A program made the translations under genes and the position numbers. From assembly GCA_900234795.1 (NCBI GenBank), contig LT962688.1:1650001-1682000 (forward strand): a stretch of 32,000 nt of DNA, in the 5' to 3' direction. Below are positions 1-8,900 of the stretch, one piece after another; position 1 is the stretch's first letter; every line of letters starts with the position of its first letter. The DNA comes from Methylorubrum extorquens. Lineage in GTDB: Bacteria; Pseudomonadota; Alphaproteobacteria; Rhizobiales; Beijerinckiaceae. The notes under the pieces were generated by a model. The model was given only the letters and a program-made list of their open reading frames with translations, was not told the DNA's origin and made no database searches.

Positions 1-235
1 CGGCGCGCTGGGCGAGCCGGCGCGCGCCCTCGTCTGGCAGGGCCGGATGGATCGGCAGCAGGCTCGCGCCGCTGCGGCGGGCGGCGAGGATGAAGGCAAG
101 ACCCTGGGCGGTGTCGCGGAAGCGCGCGGCGACGCGCTCGCCGCTGCCGCCGCGCAGGGCCGCCGTATCCGCGACGCGCCGGATGGCGGCCTCCATCGCG
201 TCCGCTGGGATGGTGCGGCCGTCGATCTCGATCAT
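1..235 (-). CDS. Adenylate-forming (AMP-dependent synthetase/ligase-like) enzyme, N-terminal fragment; continues past the window start
   Basis: Hand translation of the minus strand. ATG at 235-233 has GGAG 6 nt upstream. Product: MIEIDGRTIPADAMEAAIRRVADTAALRGGSGERVAARFRDTAQGLAFILAARRSGASLLPIHPALPDEGARRLAQRA. This resembles N-termini of adenylation enzymes. It is absent from the ORF track because there is no stop inside the window. The family call rests on a short fragment only. Confidence 0.4.
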   Translation of the reverse strand, partial: MIEIDGRTIPADAMEAAIRRVADTAALRGGSGERVAARFRDTAQGLAFILAARRSGASLLPIHPALPDEGARRLAQRA

Positions 236-254
236 GCAGGCTCCGGAAAGGGCG

Positions 255-1951
255 TCAGGGGAGGAAGGGAACAGGGCGTTGGGCGCCAGCAGGCTGCCGC
301 CCGCCTCGCCGAGCCCGAGCTTGCGCGACAGCAGCGCCTCGACCCGCAGCCGGGGCGCCTCGGCAGCGAGGCGGGCGAAACGCGCCTCCAGCCCATGCTC
401 CGCCGCGTGGTGCCGCAGACGCTGGCCGAGGCGGCGCCAGAACCCTGCCTCGTCGAGGCCGTGCCGGCGCTGGAGCAGGCGGGTGATCTCGCAGAGGTTG
501 AAGACGAACAGGCTGTCGGTGACGAGTTCGGCGAGCGTCGCGGCCGAGCGCATGGCGTGGAAGCGGTCGTCCGCCGGCCCGGCATGGGCCGGGTCGATCG
601 CCCCGAAATCCGGCACGCGCTCCGGGCTCGTCACGAAGTCGGGCGCGTATTCCGCGCTCTCGTGGAAGTCGCGCAGGATCACCCGATCCGGCCAGCCGTC
701 GCGGTGGACCAGAATCATGTTCTGGCCGTGCGCCTCCAGGGCGACGCCGTGGCCCGCGAGCAGGTGCCAGACCGGCAGCACCGCGACCGTGACCAAGCGG
801 TCGAGCCAAGCGTCGCGGCCGTAGCGTTCGAGCCAGGGCGCGATGAAGGGGCTCCCGTCCGCCTCGCACACGGCCAGCGCGTTGAAGGGCACGGCCGCTT
901 CGCCGGGAACGAGACGCGGGCTCTCCCGCCAGATCGCGGCGAGCTGCCCGGCGAGCGGACCGTCCCGGTCGGCGAGCGCGGCAGCGTATTCGCGCAGCAC
1001 CGTCACGCGGCCCTGCAGCGCGGGATCGGCGGCGACGAGGCCGGCGAGCCAGTCGGACAGGGCCGGGCCGGTCAGCACGAAATGCGGGTCGAGGATGCGC
1101 AGGCTCGAGGTCGAGACGACGGCAAGCGCCAGCTTCACGCTCGCGGCGGACGGGTCGTCGAGATTGTGCAGCGTGCGCAGGGACTGGCTCGCGACATAGC
1201 GCGGGCCGGCGGTGCCGAGCGCGACGGCGCGGCCCTCCGCCAGCCAGGGGGCGCAAAGCCTCCTCTTCGAGCCGGCGCATCTGCCAGGGATGGACCGGCA
1301 GCAGCGTGTGCGTGTCGATGGAATGGCCGGCTGCGGCGAGGCGGCTGGCGAGGACGTCCCCCTCCCCGCCGAGTTCGGCCCGCCAGAACCCATCCTCCGG
1401 GCCCGGCAGCGCGAGGGCGATGGTGTCCCGACGGACAGCCAGCCATTCGAGGCGGAACGGCGCGGCGGCTTCGGGCCCGTAGCGGTGGTGATCCTCCAGA
1501 GAGAAGCCGGTGCGCGCCTTGAAGCTCGGATGGTAGGGATGGCCCTCCCACAAAGCCGCATCGAGCGCGGCGAAGGGCAGCGCGCGGCGCTCCGGCGGCG
1601 ACAGGTTTTGGCTATTCCAGCGGCAGAGTTCGACCGTCTGCCGAAGCTCGGCCCGCAGCCGCGTCCGGTGCTCCGGGGCGGCGGGAAGGGCTTCCACGAG
1701 GGTGGCGAGGTCGGCCTGCACCCAGGCGCCCTCTTCGCCTGCCATCTCGACCGAACCGGAATCGAGGCGGGGGCGGCCGAAGGGGGGCCGAGAGTACCGG
1801 CCGCGCGAAAGCGATGGGAGCCGACGCGCCATGCGATCCGACCGGAGACGTTGGGGGCCGGCTCGCGCTCGGCCAGCCCTTCGAACAGGACGGCTTCGGC
1901 CAACTGGCGCAGGACACGCGCTTCGGGCTGCTCCAAGGTTTCGGGAAGCAT
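255..1951 (-). pseudogene. IucA/IucC-family NIS siderophore synthetase (second copy), frame broken twice at homopolymers (assembly error or genuine pseudogene)
   Basis: ATG 1951 lies 4 nt after the stop of the upstream gene. The N-terminal segment is MLPETLEQPEARVLRQLAEAVLFEGLAERE...WRVGSHRFRAAGTLGP. The core lies in the ORF-track frame 255..1832 (FGRPRLDSG...WEGHPYHPSFKARTGFSLEDHHRYGPE...LLPVHPWQ). The C-terminal part returns to the first frame (WLAEGRAVALGTAGPRYVASQSLRTL...VALEAHGQNMILVHRDGW...RDFHE). The frame switches fall at G6 1782-1787 and G5 1247-1251. The 3' end is uncertain (see findings). Confidence 0.8.
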
Positions 1952-1955
1952 GGCC

Positions 1956-3740
1956 TCAGGACGCGAGGGCATGGCCGGCCTCGCCCCGAGCCGCCCGAAG
2001 CAGGAGCGGGTTCGGCATGTCGATGTAGTTGCCGGTGCCGTCGCCCGAGGCGAGTTCGTCGCGGTCGGACAGGCGCACCCGCAGGTTGGCCTTGGTGCAG
2101 AGCGTCGGACCGTCGAGCACCGAGCGGGCGAAGGCGCGGCCGGCGCCGGTCATGCGGCGTGCCATCGCCTCCAGGCGGCGGGCGAGGTCGTCGAGGAGCG
2201 TTTCCTCGCGCGCCACCCCGTCATGGCCCATCCGGGCGATGACGGAGAAGATCTGGTTGACCACGAGATAATAGGCCAGCCGTCGGCGGATCTCGCCGTC
2301 CGGGAAATAGAGCGAGGCGATGGCGCCGGTCTCGGGCGCATCGCGCAGCAGCCGGGGGCGTGCGGATTCCGAGAGGTAGAAGCCCTGGTTGTCGCGGTAG
2401 AAGCCGCGCTCGGGCCAGCCGGAGGCGACATCGAGCAGCGCGTTCTGCTGGTGGGCCTCCAACGCGATGCCGTGCGCGTCGTAGAGGGCGACGACGGGCT
2501 CCAGCATGCAATCGAGATAGCGGGCGAACCACGTGCGGGCGGCCTGGGCGCGCGCAGCCGAACCCTCCGGGCAGACCTGCCGCAGCAGGGCCTCCAGCCG
2601 CGAGAGCCGGCCGGGCAGCGGCTCGGCGGTGAGGGCTGCCAGCGTGGCGACACCCCGCTCCGCCCCGTCGCGGAACGGATTCTCGCGCAGGACCGTCTCG
2701 AAGCCGCTCTCTTCGCGGTCGGGGCTGTGCAGGGTGAGGTAGGCGGGGTCGGCGAGGATCTGGAAGTTGAGATGGCGGGTGCCGAAACCGCTCTTGCCCA
2801 GCAGCCGGGCCATGGCGACGCCGGCCTTGAGTTCGGCGAGCCGGTTCACCCGCAGCGAGTTGGTGAGGGTGACGGGCAGCGAGAACTTCGCCATCCACGG
2901 GCTCTCGGCGGCGTAGACGGTGCGCAGCGAGGAGGTCGCGGTGAAACGGGGGCCGAAGGCGCCGAGCCGCCGCAGTCGGCCCGCCTCGACCCATGCGGCG
3001 ACGTGCGGCTCCAGCATCAGCGCCTCGGCCTGGAGCGGATGCATCGGCAGGGCGATCTCGTCGGCGCGCAAGCCCAGCTTAGCAGCGTCGGGGCCGAGCA
3101 GGTCGAGGGCGAGGTCGGGCGCGGTGCGGGCCACCGCCGAATCGTGGCGGATGAGGCTCGCCTCAGCGGCGAACACCGCGAGCTGGAACGTGCCCTCCTC
3201 CTCCGGCGCGTAGGCGCGGGCCTGCCAGGTGGTGAGGCCCTGCCGGCTCTTGGGCGTCGGGTGCAGCCAGTGGCCGAAGACGAGGGCGCGCTCGGCGGCG
3301 ATGAAGCCGGTTTCCGCATCCGCCGCCCGCTCCGCGAGGTCGAGCAGGCGCGCGGTCTCACGGTAGCTGTCGAGCACGCGCCCGAGGAGTTCCAGCTCCC
3401 GCTCGCGGGCGGTGTCACCCCGCCCCTCATCCGTGCGCGAATAGGCCTCGCCGAGAAGCTCCTGAAGCGCGCGCATCGGCGCCACCGGCCGCCAGCGCGG
3501 CTCGTGCAGGTGGCGGGTCCAGAGGCGGCCGAACGCCTGCGCGCCGCACAGCGAGGGCGACAGGATCTCGGCGCGGATCGCGAGGCGGCGGCTGCGCAGG
3601 TTCCACTCGATGCACGGCGCGGGCGGCCCGTCCGTCAGCGCGTGCCGGATGCGGATGCCGGGGTCGATCTCGCGCAGATATCCGTTGGCGAAGCTGCGGA
3701 AGGCGGCTGCCTCGGCCACAGCTTGAGACGAAGGTGGCAT
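1956..3740 (-). CDS. IucA/IucC-family NIS siderophore synthetase (first copy)
   Basis: Track ORF 1956..3782. The likely start is ATG 3740, with AGGAGG 13 nt upstream. Family motifs are present: GHWLHPTPKSRQG, ATSSLRTV, LEAHQQNALLD, FYRDNQGFY. The FhuF-like C-terminal region ends in NPLL. Confidence 0.85.
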   Translation of the reverse strand: MPPSSQAVAEAAAFRSFANGYLREIDPGIRIRHALTDGPPAPCIEWNLRSRRLAIRAEILSPSLCGAQAFGRLWTRHLHEPRWRPVAPMRALQELLGEAYSRTDEGRGDTARERELELLGRVLDSYRETARLLDLAERAADAETGFIAAERALVFGHWLHPTPKSRQGLTTWQARAYAPEEEGTFQLAVFAAEASLIRHDSAVARTAPDLALDLLGPDAAKLGLRADEIALPMHPLQAEALMLEPHVAAWVEAGRLRRLGAFGPRFTATSSLRTVYAAESPWMAKFSLPVTLTNSLRVNRLAELKAGVAMARLLGKSGFGTRHLNFQILADPAYLTLHSPDREESGFETVLRENPFRDGAERGVATLAALTAEPLPGRLSRLEALLRQVCPEGSAARAQAARTWFARYLDCMLEPVVALYDAHGIALEAHQQNALLDVASGWPERGFYRDNQGFYLSESARPRLLRDAPETGAIASLYFPDGEIRRRLAYYLVVNQIFSVIARMGHDGVAREETLLDDLARRLEAMARRMTGAGRAFARSVLDGPTLCTKANLRVRLSDRDELASGDGTGNYIDMPNPLLLRAARGEAGHALAS

Positions 3741-4616
3741 GATCTTCGAAACCTCCTGAGAGCCTTGAAGGCCCGGCCGCATCGCGGCGGGGGGCGTGCG
3801 CCCGACTGATCTGATCCGCCGGCCCGGCGCCGCGTCATCGGATCGACGCGGCGGTCCGCTCGCCGGGCCGCCCGTGCGTCATCGTCGTCATGGGCCGCGA
3901 GCGCGCGGCGAACTCACCGTTGCGGCGGGCGTGGGGGAGCGTGCGGTTTCGAGAGAAAGAAAAGGTCGTCGATGGAAGCGTAAGGATAAGAAAATGGATC
4001 TTCGTCGTACTTGCTCATCGGACTGAGGGCTCCCTCGAATCGCTTGAGGCTGAAGGCGTGTTGCGCAAACTTCAGGCATGCGTCAAGAGAAGATGAATTT
4101 ATTGGAATTGTTCTTGATATAGGGTGATTGCCTAGTCGCCTTGTCGCGACAGTTGGTTGCCATCGAAAATATTATTTATTTGTCCGTCGCTTTATCCGGT
4201 GCGGACCGGTTCCGTGCCTCCGCCGGTTACGGCGTGAGCTTGCCCAGCGAGCCATCCCTGATTGTGCCCGCGATCCCGCGGCGCCGGACCGCCGTCCGTC
4301 TCCGAGCCGGGCTTCGATCCCGGCGCCGCCGGATGATCGCGACCTGTGAAGCGCGCATTTCGCCGTGATGGGAAAAATCCGTTGCTGATCCGCAACGAGG
4401 TCATGAAATGACTTGTAGTCTTTAGCTGTTATAATTCTCGTCTTGTTTCTGGGGCGGGTATTTCGACTGTCTGTGCAACGTCTTGCGACAGCATCGTCCG
4501 CTAGACTGGAAATGATACAAGCTATTGTGGGGCTTGCATAATCCACGCGTCTCCTTCTGGTCGGTCCTCAGTCATCGATCAGCGTGGGATCATCTGTGGG
4601 CGACGGGACCGACCTC
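3741..4616. promoter_or_regulatory. Divergent control region between the siderophore synthetase operon and the ECF sigma gene; markedly lower GC than its flanks
   Basis: About 0.87 kb without a convincing ORF. AT-rich tracts at 4092-4130 and 4165-4182 (gaaaatattatttatttg). Perfect TATAAT at 4430-4435 on the plus strand. Small inverted repeat gttgc-tgatcc-gcaac at 4381-4396. No operator could be assigned with certainty. Confidence 0.5.
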
Positions 4617-5138
4617 ATGGCGGGAGGGGCGGCGGGGGTGTCGATCGATGCCCTCTACCGTCACGAGGGGCTGAAGCTCCGGCGTTTCCTCCAGCGCCTG
4701 CTCGACAACCCGGCCGACGCCGCGGATGCGAGCCAGGAAACCTACCTGCGCATGGTCGCCGCGCTCTCGCGCACGAGCATCGAGCACCCCTCGGCCCTGC
4801 TGTTCCGCATCGCCACCAACGTCGCCCTGCGGATGCGCAACCGCGGCCGGCTGGAGCGGATTCTGTTCGCGGCGAAATGCGAGGCGGAACTCGCCGAGAT
4901 CGCCGACGGCTACGCCCTCCCGGAGCGGCAGACGATCGCCCGCCAGGAGCTGAAGCGCCTCGCCGCGGCGATCGACGCCTTGCCGCCCCGCTGCCGCGAG
5001 GTGTTCCTGCTCAGCCGCCTCGACGGCCTCGCGAACGGCGAGATCGCGCAGCGCCTCGGCATCTCGCGCAACATGGTCGAGAAGCACATCATCAAGGCCC
5101 TGCTGCATTGCCGGCGCAGCCGCCTCGATCTTTTTTGA
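4617..5138 (+). CDS. ECF (FecI/PvdS-type) RNA polymerase sigma-70 family factor
   Basis: Track ORF 4584..5138; the ATG at 4617 is the likelier start. Region 2 (ASQETYLRMV) and region 4 helix-turn-helix (LPPRCREVFLLSRLDGLANGEIAQRLGISRNMVEKHIIKAL) are visible. A FecR-like gene follows directly. Confidence 0.85.
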   Translation: MAGGAAGVSIDALYRHEGLKLRRFLQRLLDNPADAADASQETYLRMVAALSRTSIEHPSALLFRIATNVALRMRNRGRLERILFAAKCEAELAEIADGYALPERQTIARQELKRLAAAIDALPPRCREVFLLSRLDGLANGEIAQRLGISRNMVEKHIIKALLHCRRSRLDLF

Positions 5139-5148
5139 ACGAGTCGCA

Positions 5149-5176
5149 TCAGGAGGCGGCGACCTCGTTGATCTAA
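5149..5176 (+). repeat. Copy A of a duplicated 28-29 nt motif (tcaggaggcggcgacctcgttgatctaa)
   Basis: Lies between the sigma stop (5138) and the fecR-like start. A near-identical copy sits at 6253-6281. Confidence 0.6.
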
Positions 5177-5214
5177 GGGGATAGGACACCCGCGCTGCGC
5201 CATTTCGGGCCGCG

Positions 5215-6210
5215 GTGGGACCCAGGGGGATTGGCGTGGCCGGCAGCGACGGGACGGAGGCCGACGAGGCCGAAGGGGCTGACAGCGATGAGGATCCGGT
5301 CGAGCGCGAGGCCGCGGCCTGGGTCGCGCGGCTCTCCTCCTCCGACGCCACGGAAGCCGACCACAGGGCCTTCGAGACCTGGCGCAAGGCCGATCCCGTC
5401 CACGCCGCGGTCTATGCCGAGATGGATGCGTTGTGGCGCCGGCTCGGGCATCTGCCCGATCCCCGCCCGCGCAAGACGTCGGACAAGACATCGAGCAAGA
5501 CACCGAAATCGCTCGCCGGCCTTGCCGCCGTCGCCCTGATCGCGGGCGCCCTGGCCTACGAGACCGGTCTCCTCGACCGGCTGCGCGCAGATCTGTGGAG
5601 CGGCGTCGGCGCCATCGAGCACGCGACGCTGCCCGATGGCAGCCGCGTCGATCTCAACACGGACACGGCGATCGCGGTGCGGTTCACCGAGGGGGAGCGC
5701 GGGATCGCGCTACTGCGCGGCGAGGCCAGTTTCGATGTCGTGCCCGATCGGAGCCGGCCCTTCGTCGTGCGCGGCGGCGGCCTGAGCGTGCGTGCGGTCG
5801 GAACCCGCTTCTTCCTGCGCGCGGACGGGGCGGACCGTCCCGTGGGCGTCGCGGAGGGGCGTGTCGATGTGTCGGCCGAGAGCGGGCGCGTCGTCGTCTC
5901 GGCCGGGGAGGAAGTCAGGATCGGCGGCGACGCCCTGCAGGTGGCGGCGGCGGATGTGGAGCGCGCCACAGCCTGGCGCGACGGCCGGCTGATCTATTCC
6001 GGAAAGGCGCTGGCGGCGGTCTTGACGGAACTGAACCGCTACCGCCGCGGGCGCATCGTGCTGCTCGACCGTGGGCTCGGCGAGCGGCGCGTGACCGGCG
6101 CGTTCGATGCCCGCAACACCGACGACGCCCTCGACGTGATCGCCGCGACCATGGGCACCCGCATCCGGCGGCTCTCGCCGCTGCTGGTGCTGGTCGGATC
6201 GCCCCTGTGA
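5215..6210 (+). CDS. FecR-family transmembrane anti-sigma factor / sensor
   Basis: The N-terminal anti-sigma domain pattern is present (EREAAAWVARLSSSDATEADHRAFETWRKADPVHAAVYAEMDALWRRL). One hydrophobic span follows (LAGLAAVALIAGALAY), then a periplasmic FecR domain (LPDGSRVDLNTDTAI..., GEASFDV). An alternative start is GTG 5236. Confidence 0.8.
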   Translation: MGPRGIGVAGSDGTEADEAEGADSDEDPVEREAAAWVARLSSSDATEADHRAFETWRKADPVHAAVYAEMDALWRRLGHLPDPRPRKTSDKTSSKTPKSLAGLAAVALIAGALAYETGLLDRLRADLWSGVGAIEHATLPDGSRVDLNTDTAIAVRFTEGERGIALLRGEASFDVVPDRSRPFVVRGGGLSVRAVGTRFFLRADGADRPVGVAEGRVDVSAESGRVVVSAGEEVRIGGDALQVAAADVERATAWRDGRLIYSGKALAAVLTELNRYRRGRIVLLDRGLGERRVTGAFDARNTDDALDVIAATMGTRIRRLSPLLVLVGSPL

Positions 6211-6252
6211 GCGGGGCGATGAGGGCGCGCGAAAAAAATCGCTCTGCCCACG

Positions 6253-6281
6253 TCAGGAGATGGCGCCTCCGTTGATCTTAA
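6253..6281 (+). repeat. Copy B of the duplicated motif (tcaggagatggcgcctccgttgatcttaa)
   Basis: Lies between the fecR-like stop (6210) and the receptor start (6345). It shares tcaggag-NN-ggcg-N5-gttgatct with copy A. Confidence 0.6.
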
Positions 6282-6344
6282 ACGTCGAGGGCGCGGAGAA
6301 CGCAGAGCGTGCCGCCCCTCCCGACGGATCGATGGGGCTTTGGT

Positions 6345-8900
6345 ATGGCGTCGCGCGCGCGCAGGTTTTCACAGGGCCGGATGGCGGGGATCGCACTGGC
6401 CGGCGTGTCGGTCGCGGTGATGGCTCAGGCGGCCGCGCAAGCCGGCGAGGCGAAGCGGCCCCGCGGCCCCACGATCCTGGCGGAGGCACCGGTGGGGGGC
6501 GCTCCCGTCCGGCTCGCCATCCCGAAGGGTTCACTGGAGGCCGGCCTCGTCGCCTTCACCGAGCAGGCCGGGGTCAAGCTGGTCTACCCGACCGAGCTGA
6601 CGGCGCGGCTCGAGACACCGGGCCTCGCGGGCGAGTTCGCCCCGCTCAACGCCCTGACCACGCTCTTGGACGGCACCGGCCTCACCTATCGTCCGGCCGG
6701 CGCCTCGACCATCACCCTGGTCAACCCGCGCTACGTCCAGCTCGGCGCGGCGCCGGCCGGCGCGGTGACCCTCGATGAACTACACGTCGAGGGGCAGGCT
6801 CAGGCCCGGGGCCGTGCCACGGCCGCCGGCCTGCCGCCGCCCACCGGTACGGTCGGGCAGCCGCCCGTGCCCTATGCCGGCGGTCAGGTCGGCTCGGGCG
6901 CCCGTGTCGGCTTGCTCGGCAATCGCTCCGTCCTGAAGACGCCCTTCAGCATCACGGGTTACACGGAGAAGCTGATCGCGGACCAGCAGGCGGTGTCGCT
7001 CGCCGATGTCGTGCTGAACAATTCGTCGGTGCGCAACGACGCCCCGCCCTACAGCGAGCGCGATTCCTATTTCATCCGCGGCTTCTCGGTCACCAATCTC
7101 GACACCGCCTTCGACGGGCTGTTCTACCTCGCCAACCCGCGCCGCACCTTCACGGAGGGCCTTGAGCGCGTCGAAGTGCTGCTGGGGCCGACAGCGCTTC
7201 TGAGCGGCGGCACCGGCCGCGTCGGCGGCACGATCAACCTCATCCCCAAGCGCGCCTACGACGAGCCGTTCGCGCGCCTCACCACGACCTATATCAGCGA
7301 CGCGCAGATCTGGACCCATGCCGACCTCGGCCGCCGCTTCGGCGAGTCCAAGGAATGGGGCGTGCGCTTCAACGGCGCCTACCGCACCGGTGCCACGCCG
7401 CTCGACAACAACGCGATCGAGGTGGGCGTGGCGGCGCTGGGCCTCGACTACCGCGGCGACCGGTTCCGCGCCTCGCTCGACATGACCCACTCGACGCAGA
7501 ACGTCACGGCGCCGACCTCGCTGTTCAACGCGGTCGCGCCCGGTATTCAGATTCCCCGTGCCCCGAACAACCGGACCAACACCGCGAATCCGTTCGAGTA
7601 CAACGACAGCCGCTACGGCATGATCACGGGCCGGGCCGAGTACGACGTCCTGCCTGACACGACGGTTTACATCGCCGGCGGCGCCAGCCGCTACAACGAA
7701 GACTTCCTCACCTCGAATTACCGCGTGACGAGCGTGACCGGGCAGGCGACCAACCTACTCGCGATCCAGCCGCAGGAAATTCAGGGGCTCACCGGCGAGG
7801 TGGGCCTGCGCACCCGCTTCAGCACCGGCTTCCTCAATCATCAGGTGAACATCGCGGCCGTCGAGGCGAACAACAAGAACTTCCGCAGCGGCTTCGTCCC
7901 GCCCGTCTTCACCCCTTACACGATCAACATCTACAATCCGGTCTACCTGCCGACCGGATCGATTCCGACGATCGGACTTCCCCGCTCCGCCGCGCAGCCG
8001 CTCTTCGCCCAGCTTTCCGCGCGCAGCGTGGCGGTGGCCGACACCCTGTCGTTCTTCGGCGACGACCGCTTCCTGCTGACGCTCGGTGGTCGCTATCAGG
8101 AGATCGACCAGCAGGGCTTCGCCACCCGTCCGGGGCCGACGCAGGGGCAGGTGACCTCGAACTATCAGGAGGGCCGCTTCAGCCCCGCCATCACCTTCGT
8201 GCTGAGCCCGTTCGAGAACCTGTCCTTCTACGGCAACTACATCGAGTCGCTCGACCCGGTGGCCGGCCCGCCCTCGACGGCGAGGAATGCCAACGAGATC
8301 TTCCCGCCCGCGGTGGGGCGGCAGAAGGAGATCGGCGTCAAGTACGATTTCGGCACCATTGCCGCCACGGCCGCTCTGTTCGAGATCGAGCTGCCGAGCG
8401 CCTTCACCGATCCCGCGACCAACATCTACTCGGTCAGCGCCCGTCAGCGGAACCGCGGCGTCGAACTCAACGTGTTCGGCGAGCTCGTCCCAGGCCTGCG
8501 GCTGCTCGGCGGCGTCACCTTCATCGACGCGGAACTGGTTCGGGCGACGAATGCGCTGGCCAACGGGAAGGCGGCTCCCGGCGTGCCCGACACGGCCTTC
8601 AACCTCTACGCCGAGTACGACCTGCCGCCGTGGCTGGCGCCGGGCCTGACCCTGACGGGACGGGCGATCTACACCAGCAGCATGTTCTACGATCAGGCCA
8701 ACACCCAGTCGGTTCCGGACTGGACGCGCTTCGATGCCGGCCTGCGCTACACGACAGAGGGCGTGAACGGAAAGCCCGTCGTGTTCCGCGCCCTCGTCCA
8801 GAACCTGCTCGACGATTCGTATTGGGCCTCCGCCGCCCGCGGCTTCCTCGCCGTCGGCGCGCCGCGCACCTTCATCGTCTCCGCCTCCGTCGATTTCTGA
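6345..8900 (+). CDS. TonB-dependent siderophore receptor with N-terminal STN signalling domain (FecA-type transducer)
   Basis: Signal peptide MASRARRFSQGRMAGIALAGVSVAVMAQAAAQA. STN-like segment (IPKGSLEAGLVAFTEQAGVKLVYP...LTYRPAGASTITLV). TonB-box-like VTLDELHVEG. Plug and barrel follow, and the protein ends in the typical aromatic residue (...SASVDF). The track ORF starts at GTG 6309. Confidence 0.9.
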   Translation: MASRARRFSQGRMAGIALAGVSVAVMAQAAAQAGEAKRPRGPTILAEAPVGGAPVRLAIPKGSLEAGLVAFTEQAGVKLVYPTELTARLETPGLAGEFAPLNALTTLLDGTGLTYRPAGASTITLVNPRYVQLGAAPAGAVTLDELHVEGQAQARGRATAAGLPPPTGTVGQPPVPYAGGQVGSGARVGLLGNRSVLKTPFSITGYTEKLIADQQAVSLADVVLNNSSVRNDAPPYSERDSYFIRGFSVTNLDTAFDGLFYLANPRRTFTEGLERVEVLLGPTALLSGGTGRVGGTINLIPKRAYDEPFARLTTTYISDAQIWTHADLGRRFGESKEWGVRFNGAYRTGATPLDNNAIEVGVAALGLDYRGDRFRASLDMTHSTQNVTAPTSLFNAVAPGIQIPRAPNNRTNTANPFEYNDSRYGMITGRAEYDVLPDTTVYIAGGASRYNEDFLTSNYRVTSVTGQATNLLAIQPQEIQGLTGEVGLRTRFSTGFLNHQVNIAAVEANNKNFRSGFVPPVFTPYTINIYNPVYLPTGSIPTIGLPRSAAQPLFAQLSARSVAVADTLSFFGDDRFLLTLGGRYQEIDQQGFATRPGPTQGQVTSNYQEGRFSPAITFVLSPFENLSFYGNYIESLDPVAGPPSTARNANEIFPPAVGRQKEIGVKYDFGTIAATAALFEIELPSAFTDPATNIYSVSARQRNRGVELNVFGELVPGLRLLGGVTFIDAELVRATNALANGKAAPGVPDTAFNLYAEYDLPPWLAPGLTLTGRAIYTSSMFYDQANTQSVPDWTRFDAGLRYTTEGVNGKPVVFRALVQNLLDDSYWASAARGFLAVGAPRTFIVSASVDF

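Noticed and set aside
3800-4560. Low-GC stretch as a scar of a mobile element or genomic-island border
   Set aside because: There is no integrase, transposase, tRNA or flanking direct repeats. The stretch is confined to one intergenic region between divergently transcribed iron genes, where AT-rich promoter or operator DNA is expected.
6260-6778. ORF starting at ATG 6260 immediately after an AGGAG inside motif copy B
   Set aside because: The Shine-Dalgarno-like sequence has zero spacing to the ATG. The ORF overlaps the receptor gene out of frame, and its translation is Arg/Gly/Pro-rich with no recognisable domain.
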